NCBI GenBank assembly: GCA_964534955.1
Contig: CAZHRR010000002.1
Location: 11,069 to 75,068 of the forward strand
DNA length: 64,000 nucleotides
Direction: 5' to 3'
DNA from: an uncultured bacterium
Lineage (GTDB): Bacteria > Fidelibacterota > Marinisomatia > Marinisomatales > UBA2128
A program made the translations under genes and the position numbers. This document shows positions 9,611-19,019 of this stretch, piece by piece; within the stretch, counting starts at the first letter, position 1, and every line of letters begins with the position of its first letter. The notes beneath the pieces are model-generated. The model did not search any database. It was not told where the DNA came from and was given only the letters and a program-made list of their open reading frames with translations.

Positions 9611-10638
9611 TGGACGGCTTGGCTATTATTGTAATGATTGTAAAAGTGCTGATTGTCTTTGCCGGAGTCATAACGGCTGTCATGGCTATGACCTTGGCGG
9701 AGCGTCGGGTATCGGCGTTTATGCAGGATCGGCTCGGTCCTAATCGTGTGGGTCCTAAAGGGATCCTCCAACCCATCGCTGACGGCATAAAGTTCCTCAT
9801 GAAAGAGGACATCATTCCCTCCGAAGCGGTAAAGCCCATCTACATTCTTGCCCCAGCCATGCTGATTATTCCTGCCTTGATGACCTTTGCCGTCATACCG
9901 TTCGGTCAGACCGTCACTCTGTTCGGAAGGGAGATCGCTCTGCAGGTAGCGAATGTGAACATCGGAATTCTTTACATCTTTGCACTCACAAGCGTAGGAG
10001 TATACGGCTTGGTGCTGGCGGGATGGTCATCCAACAGCAAGTATCCGCTCCTGGGTGGACTCAGATCCTCAGCCCAATTAATCAGCTATGAACTGGCTAT
10101 GGGATTGGCAGCGATAAGCGTCATCATGCTGACCGGTTCACTGGAACTTAACCACATCGTTTCCGATCAGCAGGGGGGACTCTTTTCCTGGTACATCTGC
10201 CGGCAGCCGCTGGCGTTCATCATTTTCTTGGTGGCGGTCTTTGCTGAGACGAACCGGCTCCCGTTTGATATGACAGAAGCGGAGCAGGAGCTGGTGGGGG
10301 GTTACCACACGGAATACAGCAGCATGAAGTTCAGCATGTTCTTCATGGCGGAGTATGCAAACATGGTTACCGCTGCCGCTCTGACGGTGACACTCTTTTT
10401 CGGCGGTTGGGATGTTCCACTGGTGAATGAAGCTGTCCTAGGGATCTGGGGCGGGATTCTATCGGTAGTAGCATTTGTAGTGAAAACTGCACTCTTTCTG
10501 TTTCTGTTTATTTGGGTGCGGTGGACCTTCCCGCGTTTCCGGTATGATCAGCTTATGAGTCTGGGGTGGAAAGTGCTGCTGCCGCTGGCACTTCTGAATA
10601 TAATCATAACAGGCGCAATTATGACACTAACGGCTTAA
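9610..10638 (+). CDS. nuoH: NADH-quinone oxidoreductase subunit H
   Basis: ND1 motifs: ERRVSAFMQDRLGPNRVGP, EAEQELVGGYHTEYS. Confidence 0.95.
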   Translation: MDGLAIIVMIVKVLIVFAGVITAVMAMTLAERRVSAFMQDRLGPNRVGPKGILQPIADGIKFLMKEDIIPSEAVKPIYILAPAMLIIPALMTFAVIPFGQTVTLFGREIALQVANVNIGILYIFALTSVGVYGLVLAGWSSNSKYPLLGGLRSSAQLISYELAMGLAAISVIMLTGSLELNHIVSDQQGGLFSWYICRQPLAFIIFLVAVFAETNRLPFDMTEAEQELVGGYHTEYSSMKFSMFFMAEYANMVTAAALTVTLFFGGWDVPLVNEAVLGIWGGILSVVAFVVKTALFLFLFIWVRWTFPRFRYDQLMSLGWKVLLPLALLNIIITGAIMTLTA

Positions 10639-10674
10639 GATGAAAAATTTGCCACCAAGACACGAAGACAAGAA

Positions 10675-10730
10675 TAATTATGTAAAACGTAATTATGTAA
10701 TGGAGCACTATTTACATATTTACATAATTA
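10675..10730. repeat. AT-rich compound palindrome in the nuoH-nuoI spacer
   Basis: AATTATGTAA occurs twice in direct orientation (10676-10685, 10691-10700). It is followed by the inverted copies TTACATA (10712-10718) and TTACATAATT (10720-10729). Confidence 0.7.
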
Positions 10731-10780
10731 TCCGCAGGATGCCGTGCACATATTTAAGTTTATGGTAAAATAAAGTAAAC

Positions 10781-11275
10781 ATGGCGACGATAATAAAATC
10801 ATACGAACCGACTTTCTGGGACCGCCTCTACATCCCTGCACTCTTGAAAGGGATGATGGTGACTTTCCGCCATCTCTTCAAGAAGAAGGTGACCGTTCAA
10901 TATCCTGACGAAAAGCATATTCCACAAGAAGGTTACCGGGGACTCCATCGCCTGAACAAATATGAGGACGGCCGCATCCGCTGTGTGGCGTGCGAAATGT
11001 GTGCTGCGGCTTGTCCGTCTCAATGTATCCACATTGTCCCTGATGCTTCACCATGGGAGGAAGGGAAAGAACGCTACCCGGTGAGGTTCAACATTGACCT
11101 CCTAAGATGCATCTATTGCGGTTTTTGTGAAATAGCGTGCCCGGAAGAAGCCATTGAACTGACGGAAATCTATGATTTTGCCGATTACACTCGAGAGTCA
11201 TTCTGGATAGATAAGGAAGGTTTGCTGGAAGTTTATGAAATGACGAAGGACCGTAACTACTATGCTGATGAGTAG
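10781..11275 (+). CDS. nuoI: NADH-quinone oxidoreductase subunit I
   Basis: Two 4Fe-4S ferredoxin motifs: CVACEMCAAACP and CIYCGFCEIACP. Confidence 0.95.
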   Translation: MATIIKSYEPTFWDRLYIPALLKGMMVTFRHLFKKKVTVQYPDEKHIPQEGYRGLHRLNKYEDGRIRCVACEMCAAACPSQCIHIVPDASPWEEGKERYPVRFNIDLLRCIYCGFCEIACPEEAIELTEIYDFADYTRESFWIDKEGLLEVYEMTKDRNYYADE

Positions 11276-11342
11276 AGGAGCTTAGGAGCAGAGAAGATGA
11301 GGAGTAGGGGAGAAAGGGATAATTAGATGAAGAGCTACACCG

Positions 11343-11613
11343 CGAGCCCGTAAACGAGCACGCCTGCCTGTTCGTAGTGGAACGTAGACTGGCTAAAATC
11401 GAAGAAAGAACGCTGAAGCGTCCTGTCTGGGAGACAGCCCCATTTATGGGGGTTTATTTGATTATAACGTCGGTATTTTTACCCCGTGGAATGCGACAGA
11501 AGAACATATTCTACAGGGGTACACTGTCGCTTTGAAAGGTTTAAGCAGAAATTAACAGAAGATCATAATATGAAATTGTTACGACAAAATAACCATCACG
11601 AGCCCGTAAACGA
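11343..11613. repeat. Insert bounded by a perfect 15-bp direct repeat (CGAGCCCGTAAACGA)
   Basis: Copies lie at 11343-11357 and 11599-11613. The second copy abuts the nuoJ ATG. The 241-bp interior carries GCCTGCCTGTTCG and several hairpins. Confidence 0.7.
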
Positions 11614-12114
11614 ATGATGCCCAGCATACTATTCTACATCGCCGCTGCCGTCATGCTCGCTTCCGCTTTGGCGGTAGTGCTGAGCCGGAATGCGGTATAC
11701 AGCGCCATTCTGCTGGTGCTGACCTTTTTCTCATTGGCCGTGATGTACCTGCTTCTGGAAGCGTACTTTCTGGCAGTGCTGGAGGTGCTGGTCTATGCCG
11801 GTGCCATCATGGTGCTGTTCCTGTTTGTCATCATGCTGCTGAATACGACACGAGAGGAGGCACTGCCTAAGCTGATGCAGCTTCAAAGGGTGTCATCTCT
11901 TTTCTTGATTGTTCTCTTCATCTTTGGAATTTTACTGCTGATTGTTGGCAGTACCTCCGAACTTCATCAAGCTGATGGAATATCCACATCAGGCTCAGCC
12001 AGAGCACTCGGGACAGCCCTGTTTACTGACTATCTCTTGCCGTTCGAAGCGGCTTCCCTGCTCCTGCTGGTTGCTTTGATTGGAACCGTCTATCTGGCTA
12101 AGAGGAAAGTGTAA
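11614..12114 (+). CDS. nuoJ: NADH-quinone oxidoreductase subunit J
   Basis: 166-aa ND6-type membrane protein ([20 protein letters not shown]) in the syntenic position. Confidence 0.85.
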   Translation: MMPSILFYIAAAVMLASALAVVLSRNAVYSAILLVLTFFSLAVMYLLLEAYFLAVLEVLVYAGAIMVLFLFVIMLLNTTREEALPKLMQLQRVSSLFLIVLFIFGILLLIVGSTSELHQADGISTSGSARALGTALFTDYLLPFEAASLLLLVALIGTVYLAKRKV

Positions 12115-12419
12115 TGGCCGTCCCGCTTGAACATGTGATAGTCCTGAGCGGCGTCCTCTTTGCTGTGGGAGTTCTGGGCGTCCTTTTCCGGCGGAATGCT
12201 CTAGTGATTTTCATGTCCATTGAGCTAATGCTGAATGCCGTCAACCTGGCGCTGGTTGGCTTCTCCCGCTATTACAATAGCGTTGATGGACAAGTCTTTG
12301 TCTTCCTGGTGATGACACTGGCTGCTGCGGAAGTGGCTGTGGGATTGGCCATCATTGTAGCGCTATTTCGTAATAAGCAGACCGTGAATATTGATGAAAT
12401 CAACCTGATGAAAGGGTAG
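12114..12419 (+). CDS. nuoK: NADH-quinone oxidoreductase subunit K
   Basis: 101-aa ND4L-type protein ([24 protein letters not shown]). Confidence 0.9.
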   Translation: MAVPLEHVIVLSGVLFAVGVLGVLFRRNALVIFMSIELMLNAVNLALVGFSRYYNSVDGQVFVFLVMTLAAAEVAVGLAIIVALFRNKQTVNIDEINLMKG

Positions 12420-12420
12420 G

Positions 12421-14304
12421 ATGGACAACGCACTCTGGCTCATACCGTTTCTCCCCTTCGCCGGCTTCCTGCTGAATGGGCTTCTCGGCAAGAAGCTGAG
12501 CGAATCGCTATCCGGTGTGATTGCGTCCGCAACGGTTGGCGTCAGTTTTGTCATAGGCTTGCTGAGTCTTAACGCCTACATGGAGAAACACGAGCCGCTT
12601 CATCAGGTGATGTTTACATGGCTGCCCCTCGGTTCCTTCGATGTCACCGTCGCCTACACACTGGATGCTCTTTCGCTGGTGATGGTGCTGGTGGTTACGG
12701 GAGTGGGTTTCCTCATTCACGTATATTCCATTGGCTACATGAGAGGTGACCCCGGCATCCAACGCTATTTTGCCTACCTGAACCTGTTTATCTTCATGAT
12801 GCTCAATCTTGTTATGGCAGATAACCTGCTGCTTCTATTCCTGGGCTGGGAAGGAGTGGGACTCTGCTCGTATCTGCTCATCGGTTACTGGTTTGAAGAT
12901 CCAGCCAAGGCGGCGGCGGGGAAGAAGGCATTTGTAGTGAACAGGATTGGCGATTTTGGCTTCCTTCTCGGGATGATTCTAATTTTGGTTAATATAGGTT
13001 CCCTGACTTTTGGTGATGTACTCCTACCCGAGACAATTGGCAGTCTTGATACTGGACTGGTGACAGCGATTACACTTTTGCTTTTTCTCGGTGCTGTAGG
13101 TAAATCTGCACAGATTCCCCTTTTCGTATGGCTGCCGGACGCCATGGCCGGTCCTACGCCGGTGAGCGCTCTCATTCACGCTGCTACAATGGTGACAGCC
13201 GGTGTCTATCTGGTAGCCCGTATGGGAGTCCTGTTTGCTGCTTCGACGATAGCTCTCTCTGTGGTGGCTGTGATTGGTGTACTGACCGCCTTCTTCGCTG
13301 CTACTATGGCCATCTATGAGAACGACATCAAGAAAGTTCTGGCGTATTCTACCATTAGTCAGCTCGGCTACATGTTTCTTGCAGCAGGTGTGGGAGCTTA
13401 CGGCGCTGCCATCTTCCACCTCATGACTCACGCCTTCTTTAAGGGACTTCTATTCCTCGGCGCAGGAAGCGTCATCCACAGCATGAGCGGAGAGCAGGAT
13501 ATGCGGCGCATGGGTGGACTAAAGATCAAGATGCCGCAGACGTACTGGACCATGCTGGCCGGTGTGGCGGCTATTTCGGGACTGCCGCTCCTTTCAGGCT
13601 TTTTCTCGAAAGACGAAATTTTGTGGCACTCCTACAGTTCTCAGAGTGGAGGCGATTTTATCTTCATTGTGGGACTGCTTACCGCAATCCTGACAGCATT
13701 CTACATGTTCCGGCTCTTTTTCCTGACTTTCCACGGTAACAGCCGCTGGCATAAGAATGTAATTCCACACGAGTCTCCGCCAGTAATGACAGTACCGTTG
13801 ATCATTCTGGCTGTTTTTTCTGTGGCAGGCGGCTGGATAGGAATCCCCGAAGTGCTGGGTGGAGAAAACAGTTTCCACCGTTTTCTCTCTGAAACAGTTC
13901 ACGATGCCGTTGGGCACCATCCGCCTAACTTGCTCCTGTCGGAGCTTGCTGCCATAGCTCTTTCCATCGCCAGCGCTCTGGCGGGACTCTATTTTGCATT
14001 CCGTCGATACGGAACCGGGAAGGTGGATGTGGTGCCTAAGGGGTTGCAGCGCCTGATAGCGAAGAAATACTACGTGGACGAGATTTACAATGCAGCCTTA
14101 GTACAGCCCATCCGGCGGGGGAGCGAATCGCTATGGAAAGGAATTGACATCCGCATTATTGACGGTATTGTGAACGGATTGGGATCAACGGCTTTGAGGA
14201 TCAGCGGCATCATTCGCCGAGTGCAGACCGGCGTGATACAGAACTATGCTGCCGTCATATTCCTGGGCGTGATTCTAATCATATTCTACATCTATCTGAA
14301 ATGA
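12421..14304 (+). CDS. nuoL: NADH-quinone oxidoreductase subunit L
   Basis: ND5 motifs: WLPDAMAGPTPVSALIHAATMVTAGVY, KKVLAYSTISQLGYM. Confidence 0.95.
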   Translation: MDNALWLIPFLPFAGFLLNGLLGKKLSESLSGVIASATVGVSFVIGLLSLNAYMEKHEPLHQVMFTWLPLGSFDVTVAYTLDALSLVMVLVVTGVGFLIHVYSIGYMRGDPGIQRYFAYLNLFIFMMLNLVMADNLLLLFLGWEGVGLCSYLLIGYWFEDPAKAAAGKKAFVVNRIGDFGFLLGMILILVNIGSLTFGDVLLPETIGSLDTGLVTAITLLLFLGAVGKSAQIPLFVWLPDAMAGPTPVSALIHAATMVTAGVYLVARMGVLFAASTIALSVVAVIGVLTAFFAATMAIYENDIKKVLAYSTISQLGYMFLAAGVGAYGAAIFHLMTHAFFKGLLFLGAGSVIHSMSGEQDMRRMGGLKIKMPQTYWTMLAGVAAISGLPLLSGFFSKDEILWHSYSSQSGGDFIFIVGLLTAILTAFYMFRLFFLTFHGNSRWHKNVIPHESPPVMTVPLIILAVFSVAGGWIGIPEVLGGENSFHRFLSETVHDAVGHHPPNLLLSELAAIALSIASALAGLYFAFRRYGTGKVDVVPKGLQRLIAKKYYVDEIYNAALVQPIRRGSESLWKGIDIRIIDGIVNGLGSTALRISGIIRRVQTGVIQNYAAVIFLGVILIIFYIYLK

Positions 14305-15851
14305 ACTGGTTGAACGAACATATTCTCACCGTGCTGATTCTACTGCCTCTGGTGGGTGTGGGACTACTCGTTGCGATACAATCTTTCGGTAACGGTTTAG
14401 TCAGGAGAGGAGCGCTATTTATCACATTATTGGAGTTTCTCCTGTCGCTGATTCTATTCACCGGCTTCAAGGCAACTGCTGCCTTTCAGTTCGAAGAACA
14501 GGTTTCGTGGATTCCTGCTTGGGGGGTTAGCTACTTTGTCGGTGTGGATGGTATTTCCCTCTTCCTGATTCTGCTTACCACATTCCTCATGCCCATTTCT
14601 GTCCTTGCATCATGGAAGTCAGTGGAGAAAAGTGTCACCGGTTTCATGGTATCGCTATTGGTTATGGAGAGCGCTATGGTAGGTGTTTTTGCATCTCTCG
14701 ACTTGTTCTTCTTCTACATTTTCTGGGAGGCGATGCTGATTCCCATGTACTTCCTCATCGGTGTCTGGGGTTCCGGCAATCGTATTTATGCTGCCATCAA
14801 GTTTGTTTTGTTTACAATGGTGGGATCCCTCTTGATGCTGGTAGGCATTATCTATCTCTACAGTCAAACTTCGGCGCAGCTGGGGGCGGCTTCCCTGGCC
14901 TACGAAGACATCAGTCGTCTGATTCTCTCGTCGGGAACTCAGTATTGGCTCTTCCTGGCTTTCGCCCTCAGCTTCGCCATCAAGATTCCCCTCTTCCCGT
15001 TCCACACGTGGCTGCCCGACGCTCACACTGAAGCGCCTACAGCCGGCTCCATAATTCTGGCCGGGGTTCTGCTGAAGATGGGCGGGTACGGTTTCCTCCG
15101 CTTCTGTGTACCGCTCTTCCCGCTGGGAATGGAGGAGTTTATCCCGCTGATTATTGCTCTGGCGGTTGTGGGAATTATCTACGGAGCCCTCATGGCGCTG
15201 GTACAGCCCGACGTGAAGCGGCTGGTTGCATTTTCCAGTGTAAGTCATCTGGGCTTCGTGGTGCTGGGCATCTTTGCACTCACATCGCGCAGTGTAACCG
15301 GCAGCGTCATTCAGATGGTAAACCACGGTTTGGCTACGGGAGCTCTCTTTTTGTTGGTGGGAATGCTTTATGAGCGACGACATACACGGATGATTACCGA
15401 TTTCGGCGGACTGGCACGATCACTGCCTCATTATTCTGCATTGTTCATGATTGTAGTACTGGCGTCTGTGGGTCTGCCGGGTCTGAACAGCTTCGTAGGA
15501 GAATTTCTCATATTGTCCGGTTCGTATGAGCCTCATCCGGCTGCAGTAGTTATCTCTGCTTTGGGTGTTATCCTGGCAGCGGTCTATCTGCTCTGGATGG
15601 TGGAGCGCGTTTTCTTCGGACCATTAGAAGAAGAAAACAGTGGGCTAAGTGATCTCATCCGTCGTGAGTGGCTGGCTGTCGTTCCCATGATTGTGATGAT
15701 GGTGTGGCTGGGTGTCTATCCCAAACCGTTCCTCGACAGGATAGAGCCATCCGTAGATAAACTGGTTAATAAGTACAGAGAAGCAATGGTGGAGTCTGAA
15801 ATAACTCCAATGGCCTATTTTGAAGATGACTTCGGGGAGGTACTTGAGTGA
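14301..15851 (+). CDS. nuoM: NADH-quinone oxidoreductase subunit M
   Basis: ND4 motifs: FPFHTWLPDAHTEAPTAGSIILAGVLLKMGGYG, KRLVAFSSVSHLGF. Confidence 0.95.
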   Translation: MNWLNEHILTVLILLPLVGVGLLVAIQSFGNGLVRRGALFITLLEFLLSLILFTGFKATAAFQFEEQVSWIPAWGVSYFVGVDGISLFLILLTTFLMPISVLASWKSVEKSVTGFMVSLLVMESAMVGVFASLDLFFFYIFWEAMLIPMYFLIGVWGSGNRIYAAIKFVLFTMVGSLLMLVGIIYLYSQTSAQLGAASLAYEDISRLILSSGTQYWLFLAFALSFAIKIPLFPFHTWLPDAHTEAPTAGSIILAGVLLKMGGYGFLRFCVPLFPLGMEEFIPLIIALAVVGIIYGALMALVQPDVKRLVAFSSVSHLGFVVLGIFALTSRSVTGSVIQMVNHGLATGALFLLVGMLYERRHTRMITDFGGLARSLPHYSALFMIVVLASVGLPGLNSFVGEFLILSGSYEPHPAAVVISALGVILAAVYLLWMVERVFFGPLEEENSGLSDLIRREWLAVVPMIVMMVWLGVYPKPFLDRIEPSVDKLVNKYREAMVESEITPMAYFEDDFGEVLE

Positions 15852-17347
15852 AGAGACTGATCCTGGTATTACTGATTATATCCATAGTCCCCGCTCTCAG
15901 TTGGGCGGAGGAAGAACATCATGATTCTCAGATCGATCAACATGAGCAGTCTTATGTAGAAGAGAATGTGCACCATTCTCCACTTCCCGGAGAAGAATTA
16001 GGATTGCCCTGGGCTTTTCCCTTTGCTGGGATTCTCCTCTCTATCGCTATTTTCCCTCTGGTAGCACCCCAGTTTTGGCATCACAACTTTGGGAAGGTGT
16101 CGACTTTATGGGCATTGGTATTGATTATTCCCATGCTGATCGAGTTTGGTTTTGGAATCGTTACTTATGAACTGTTCCACACGATGTTCTTGGAATATTT
16201 CCCCTTCATTATTCTGCTGCTGGCTCTCTTTACTATTTCCGGCGGGATCCGTCTCACCGGTACCTTGGTCGGGACTCCCATATTGAATACCGGTATTATC
16301 TTTGTGGGGACAGTCCTGGCAAGCTGGATGGGGACAACAGGCGCTGCCATGCTGATGATTCGGCCGCTGTTGAGGGCCAATGCTCAGCGGAAGCACAAGG
16401 TTCACGTAATAGTCTTTTTCATCTTCCTTGTGGCCAATATTGGCGGTTCCCTTACTCCGTTAGGAGACCCGCCCCTTTTTCTTGGTTTTTTAAAAGGGGT
16501 CGATTTCTTCTGGACAACCGGCGCCATGTTGGTCCCAATGATATTTGTGGTAACGCTGCTGATTTTCATTTTCTATTTTCTCGATTCCTATTTCTTCAAG
16601 AAAGAGGTAGTTCCTGATCAGATAATCACTCCCGACGAGAAGAAACTGGGCATTGAGGGTTCATTCAACTTTCTTCTGCTTCTAGGTGTCATCGGTTCAG
16701 TACTGCTAAGCGGATTCTGGCGGCCGGGGATTACGATACCACTTTATCACCTGATACATAATGGACACACATTCAAACTTGAGATGGAACTGCAAAACCT
16801 GGCCAGGGACTTACTATTGCTAACTCTGGCTTATGCAAGCTGGAAACTGACGTCAATGAAAATCCGGGAAGACAATGATTTCTCCTGGTTCCCAATCCAA
16901 GAAGTGGGCAAGTTGTTTGCCGGTATTTTTGTCACTATTATCCCTGCCATTGCCATCCTCCGGGCAGGTGAGCAGGGAGCCCTGAAGAGTGTCATCGAAT
17001 CGGTCTCATCTGGTGGTAACCCAGTCAATTATATGTATTTCTGGGCTACAGGAATTCTCTCCAGTTTCCTCGACAATGCACCAACTTATCTGGTATTCTT
17101 CAACACGGCAGGCGGTAATGCTGTAGAGCTTATGACAACTCATCACAACACACTGTTGGCCATTTCTGCCGGAGCTGTTTTCATGGGAGCAAATACTTAC
17201 ATCGGCAACGCTCCCAACTTCATGGTGAAGTCTATCGCCGAGCAGAGCGGAATCAAAATGCCCAGCTTCTTCGGTTTCATGCTGCGTTACTCCATCCCTA
17301 TCCTGATTCCTATCTTCATTTTGGTATCACTGATATTCTTTGCGTGA
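15848..17347 (+). CDS. ArsB/NhaD-superfamily ion transporter (NhaD-like Na+/H+ antiporter candidate)
   Basis: 499-aa polytopic protein with a signal-like N-terminus and an acidic/His-rich stretch. It contains LTPLGDPPLFLGFLKG and FLDNAPTYLVFF. The GTG start overlaps the nuoM stop (GTGA), and its own stop lies 4 nt before the nuoN ATG. Confidence 0.6.
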   Translation: MKRLILVLLIISIVPALSWAEEEHHDSQIDQHEQSYVEENVHHSPLPGEELGLPWAFPFAGILLSIAIFPLVAPQFWHHNFGKVSTLWALVLIIPMLIEFGFGIVTYELFHTMFLEYFPFIILLLALFTISGGIRLTGTLVGTPILNTGIIFVGTVLASWMGTTGAAMLMIRPLLRANAQRKHKVHVIVFFIFLVANIGGSLTPLGDPPLFLGFLKGVDFFWTTGAMLVPMIFVVTLLIFIFYFLDSYFFKKEVVPDQIITPDEKKLGIEGSFNFLLLLGVIGSVLLSGFWRPGITIPLYHLIHNGHTFKLEMELQNLARDLLLLTLAYASWKLTSMKIREDNDFSWFPIQEVGKLFAGIFVTIIPAIAILRAGEQGALKSVIESVSSGGNPVNYMYFWATGILSSFLDNAPTYLVFFNTAGGNAVELMTTHHNTLLAISAGAVFMGANTYIGNAPNFMVKSIAEQSGIKMPSFFGFMLRYSIPILIPIFILVSLIFFA

Positions 17348-17351
17348 GATT

Positions 17352-18797
17352 ATGGACTTCAGTCAATACTTCACATCCGCTGATCTCGCCGGTATCGCTC
17401 CGGAAATAATCCTGACGGTAACCGCACTGTTTGTGCTGACGCTGGAAATGGCGAGACTGAGTCGCCCAGGGATAATGTTGCTCGTAGCGGCAATTGGTAT
17501 CGTTCTGGCTGGGGGCGCTCTGGTACAGACTGGAGGTGAAGAACGCGTCCTATTTGGCGGAATGCTGCGGCTTAACCGTTTTTCCGTTTTCCTCGACTTC
17601 CTTTATCTGGCAGTGGGATTAGCGACGCTGATTCTATCACAAGGATATCTGGAGAAGAAGGGGAGTGAGTCCCGTGGGGAATATCCGGCTCTCATACTTT
17701 TCGCCGTTATCGGGATGATGCTCATGACTCAAGCTAACGACTTGGTGATTGTTTTCCTTGGACTGGAGCTTCTTTCCCTGTCGCTCTATGTGCTGGTGGG
17801 CTTCCTGCGGCACAATCTCTACAGCAACGAGTCCGGGTTGAAGTACCTCCTGCTGGGCGCTTTCGCCACCGGATTCTTCCTCTTTGGCGCCGCCTTGACC
17901 TACGGAGCTACGGGGACAACGAACTTTGATGGAATTGCCTCGGCTATCAGTTCGGGAGCTATTCTATCCGATGTATTTCTCTCCCTTGGAATTGGCTTAC
18001 TGCTCATCGGATTTGCCTTTAAGGTAGCTCTAGCGCCGTTCCACATGTGGTCGCCGGATGTATATCAGGGAGCACCCACAACGGTGACAGCATTTCTCTG
18101 CACAGCGCCCAAGGCGGCCGGCTTCGGAGCCCTGCTAAAGGTTTTTATGACGGCTTTCCCTGAGCTTCATGACGAATGGCAGATTCTACTCTGGATCTTG
18201 GCCGCACTGACCATGACTGTAGGTAACATCTCTGCACTGGTTCAGTCCAATGTGAAACGGATGTTAGCCTTTTCCAGTATCTCCCACGCCGGATATTTAG
18301 CAATGGGAGTGCTGGTGCTGGACAGCATCAGCGTGAGAGCAATACTCTTTTATCTGGCGATTTATTCCGCCATGAACCTGGGTGCCTTTGCTATCATTGC
18401 CGTGGCAGAGAGGGAGGAACAGGGTGTAGCATTCGAGGACTACCGGGGACTTGCCTCCAGGCACCCGTGGCTCTCAGCAGCTATGGCTCTCTTCATGATC
18501 TCGCTGGCAGGTTTTCCGCCTACGGCCGGGTTCGCCGCCAAGTACGGACTCTTTTCCGCTGTAGTGGCGAAAGGATACATCTGGCTGGTAATCATTGCTG
18601 TACTTAATACGTTGGTTTCGGTCTATTACTATCTAAGGCTGACGGTGAATATGTACATGCGGGAGGAGGTAGAAGTCTTGCGTCCAGCTACCGGTATTTT
18701 AACTGTGGGACTAATTGTACTTCTGGTTGCGGTGGTACTCCTGTTTGGGATTGTACCTGGATTTCTTCTTGACTTTACTGTGATAGCAGCGATTTAA
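17352..18797 (+). CDS. nuoN: NADH-quinone oxidoreductase subunit N (second set)
   Basis: ND2 core (APFHMWSPDVYQGAPTTVTAF, KRMLAFSSISHAGY). I prefer the ATG at 17352 (MDFSQYF, parallel to MDNFQS of the first NuoN) over the upstream TTG at 17340. Confidence 0.9.
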   Translation: MDFSQYFTSADLAGIAPEIILTVTALFVLTLEMARLSRPGIMLLVAAIGIVLAGGALVQTGGEERVLFGGMLRLNRFSVFLDFLYLAVGLATLILSQGYLEKKGSESRGEYPALILFAVIGMMLMTQANDLVIVFLGLELLSLSLYVLVGFLRHNLYSNESGLKYLLLGAFATGFFLFGAALTYGATGTTNFDGIASAISSGAILSDVFLSLGIGLLLIGFAFKVALAPFHMWSPDVYQGAPTTVTAFLCTAPKAAGFGALLKVFMTAFPELHDEWQILLWILAALTMTVGNISALVQSNVKRMLAFSSISHAGYLAMGVLVLDSISVRAILFYLAIYSAMNLGAFAIIAVAEREEQGVAFEDYRGLASRHPWLSAAMALFMISLAGFPPTAGFAAKYGLFSAVVAKGYIWLVIIAVLNTLVSVYYYLRLTVNMYMREEVEVLRPATGILTVGLIVLLVAVVLLFGIVPGFLLDFTVIAAI

Positions 18798-18949
18798 GCT
18801 GGTGGAAAATTTGTTTGCATCTGAACAATTCTAACATAAAATTGGGACCGAAATGTCAATGATATTCTACACAGCAACCCTGAATAATAACAATAACGCC
18901 AATAATTTTGGCGTGGGGGAACCTGTGTAGAACCATAACACAACCATTA

Positions 18950-18987
18950 AAAAGCCCCCACTGGCGAAAGTCATGGGGGCTTTTTTT
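18950..18987 (+). terminator. Rho-independent terminator after the nuo operon
   Basis: The stem GCCCCCA (18954-18960) / TGGGGGC (18974-18980) is followed by T7 (18981-18987). Confidence 0.7.
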
Positions 18988-19019
18988 GTAGGTAAACATG
19001 AAGAGGAGACAAAAATAAA

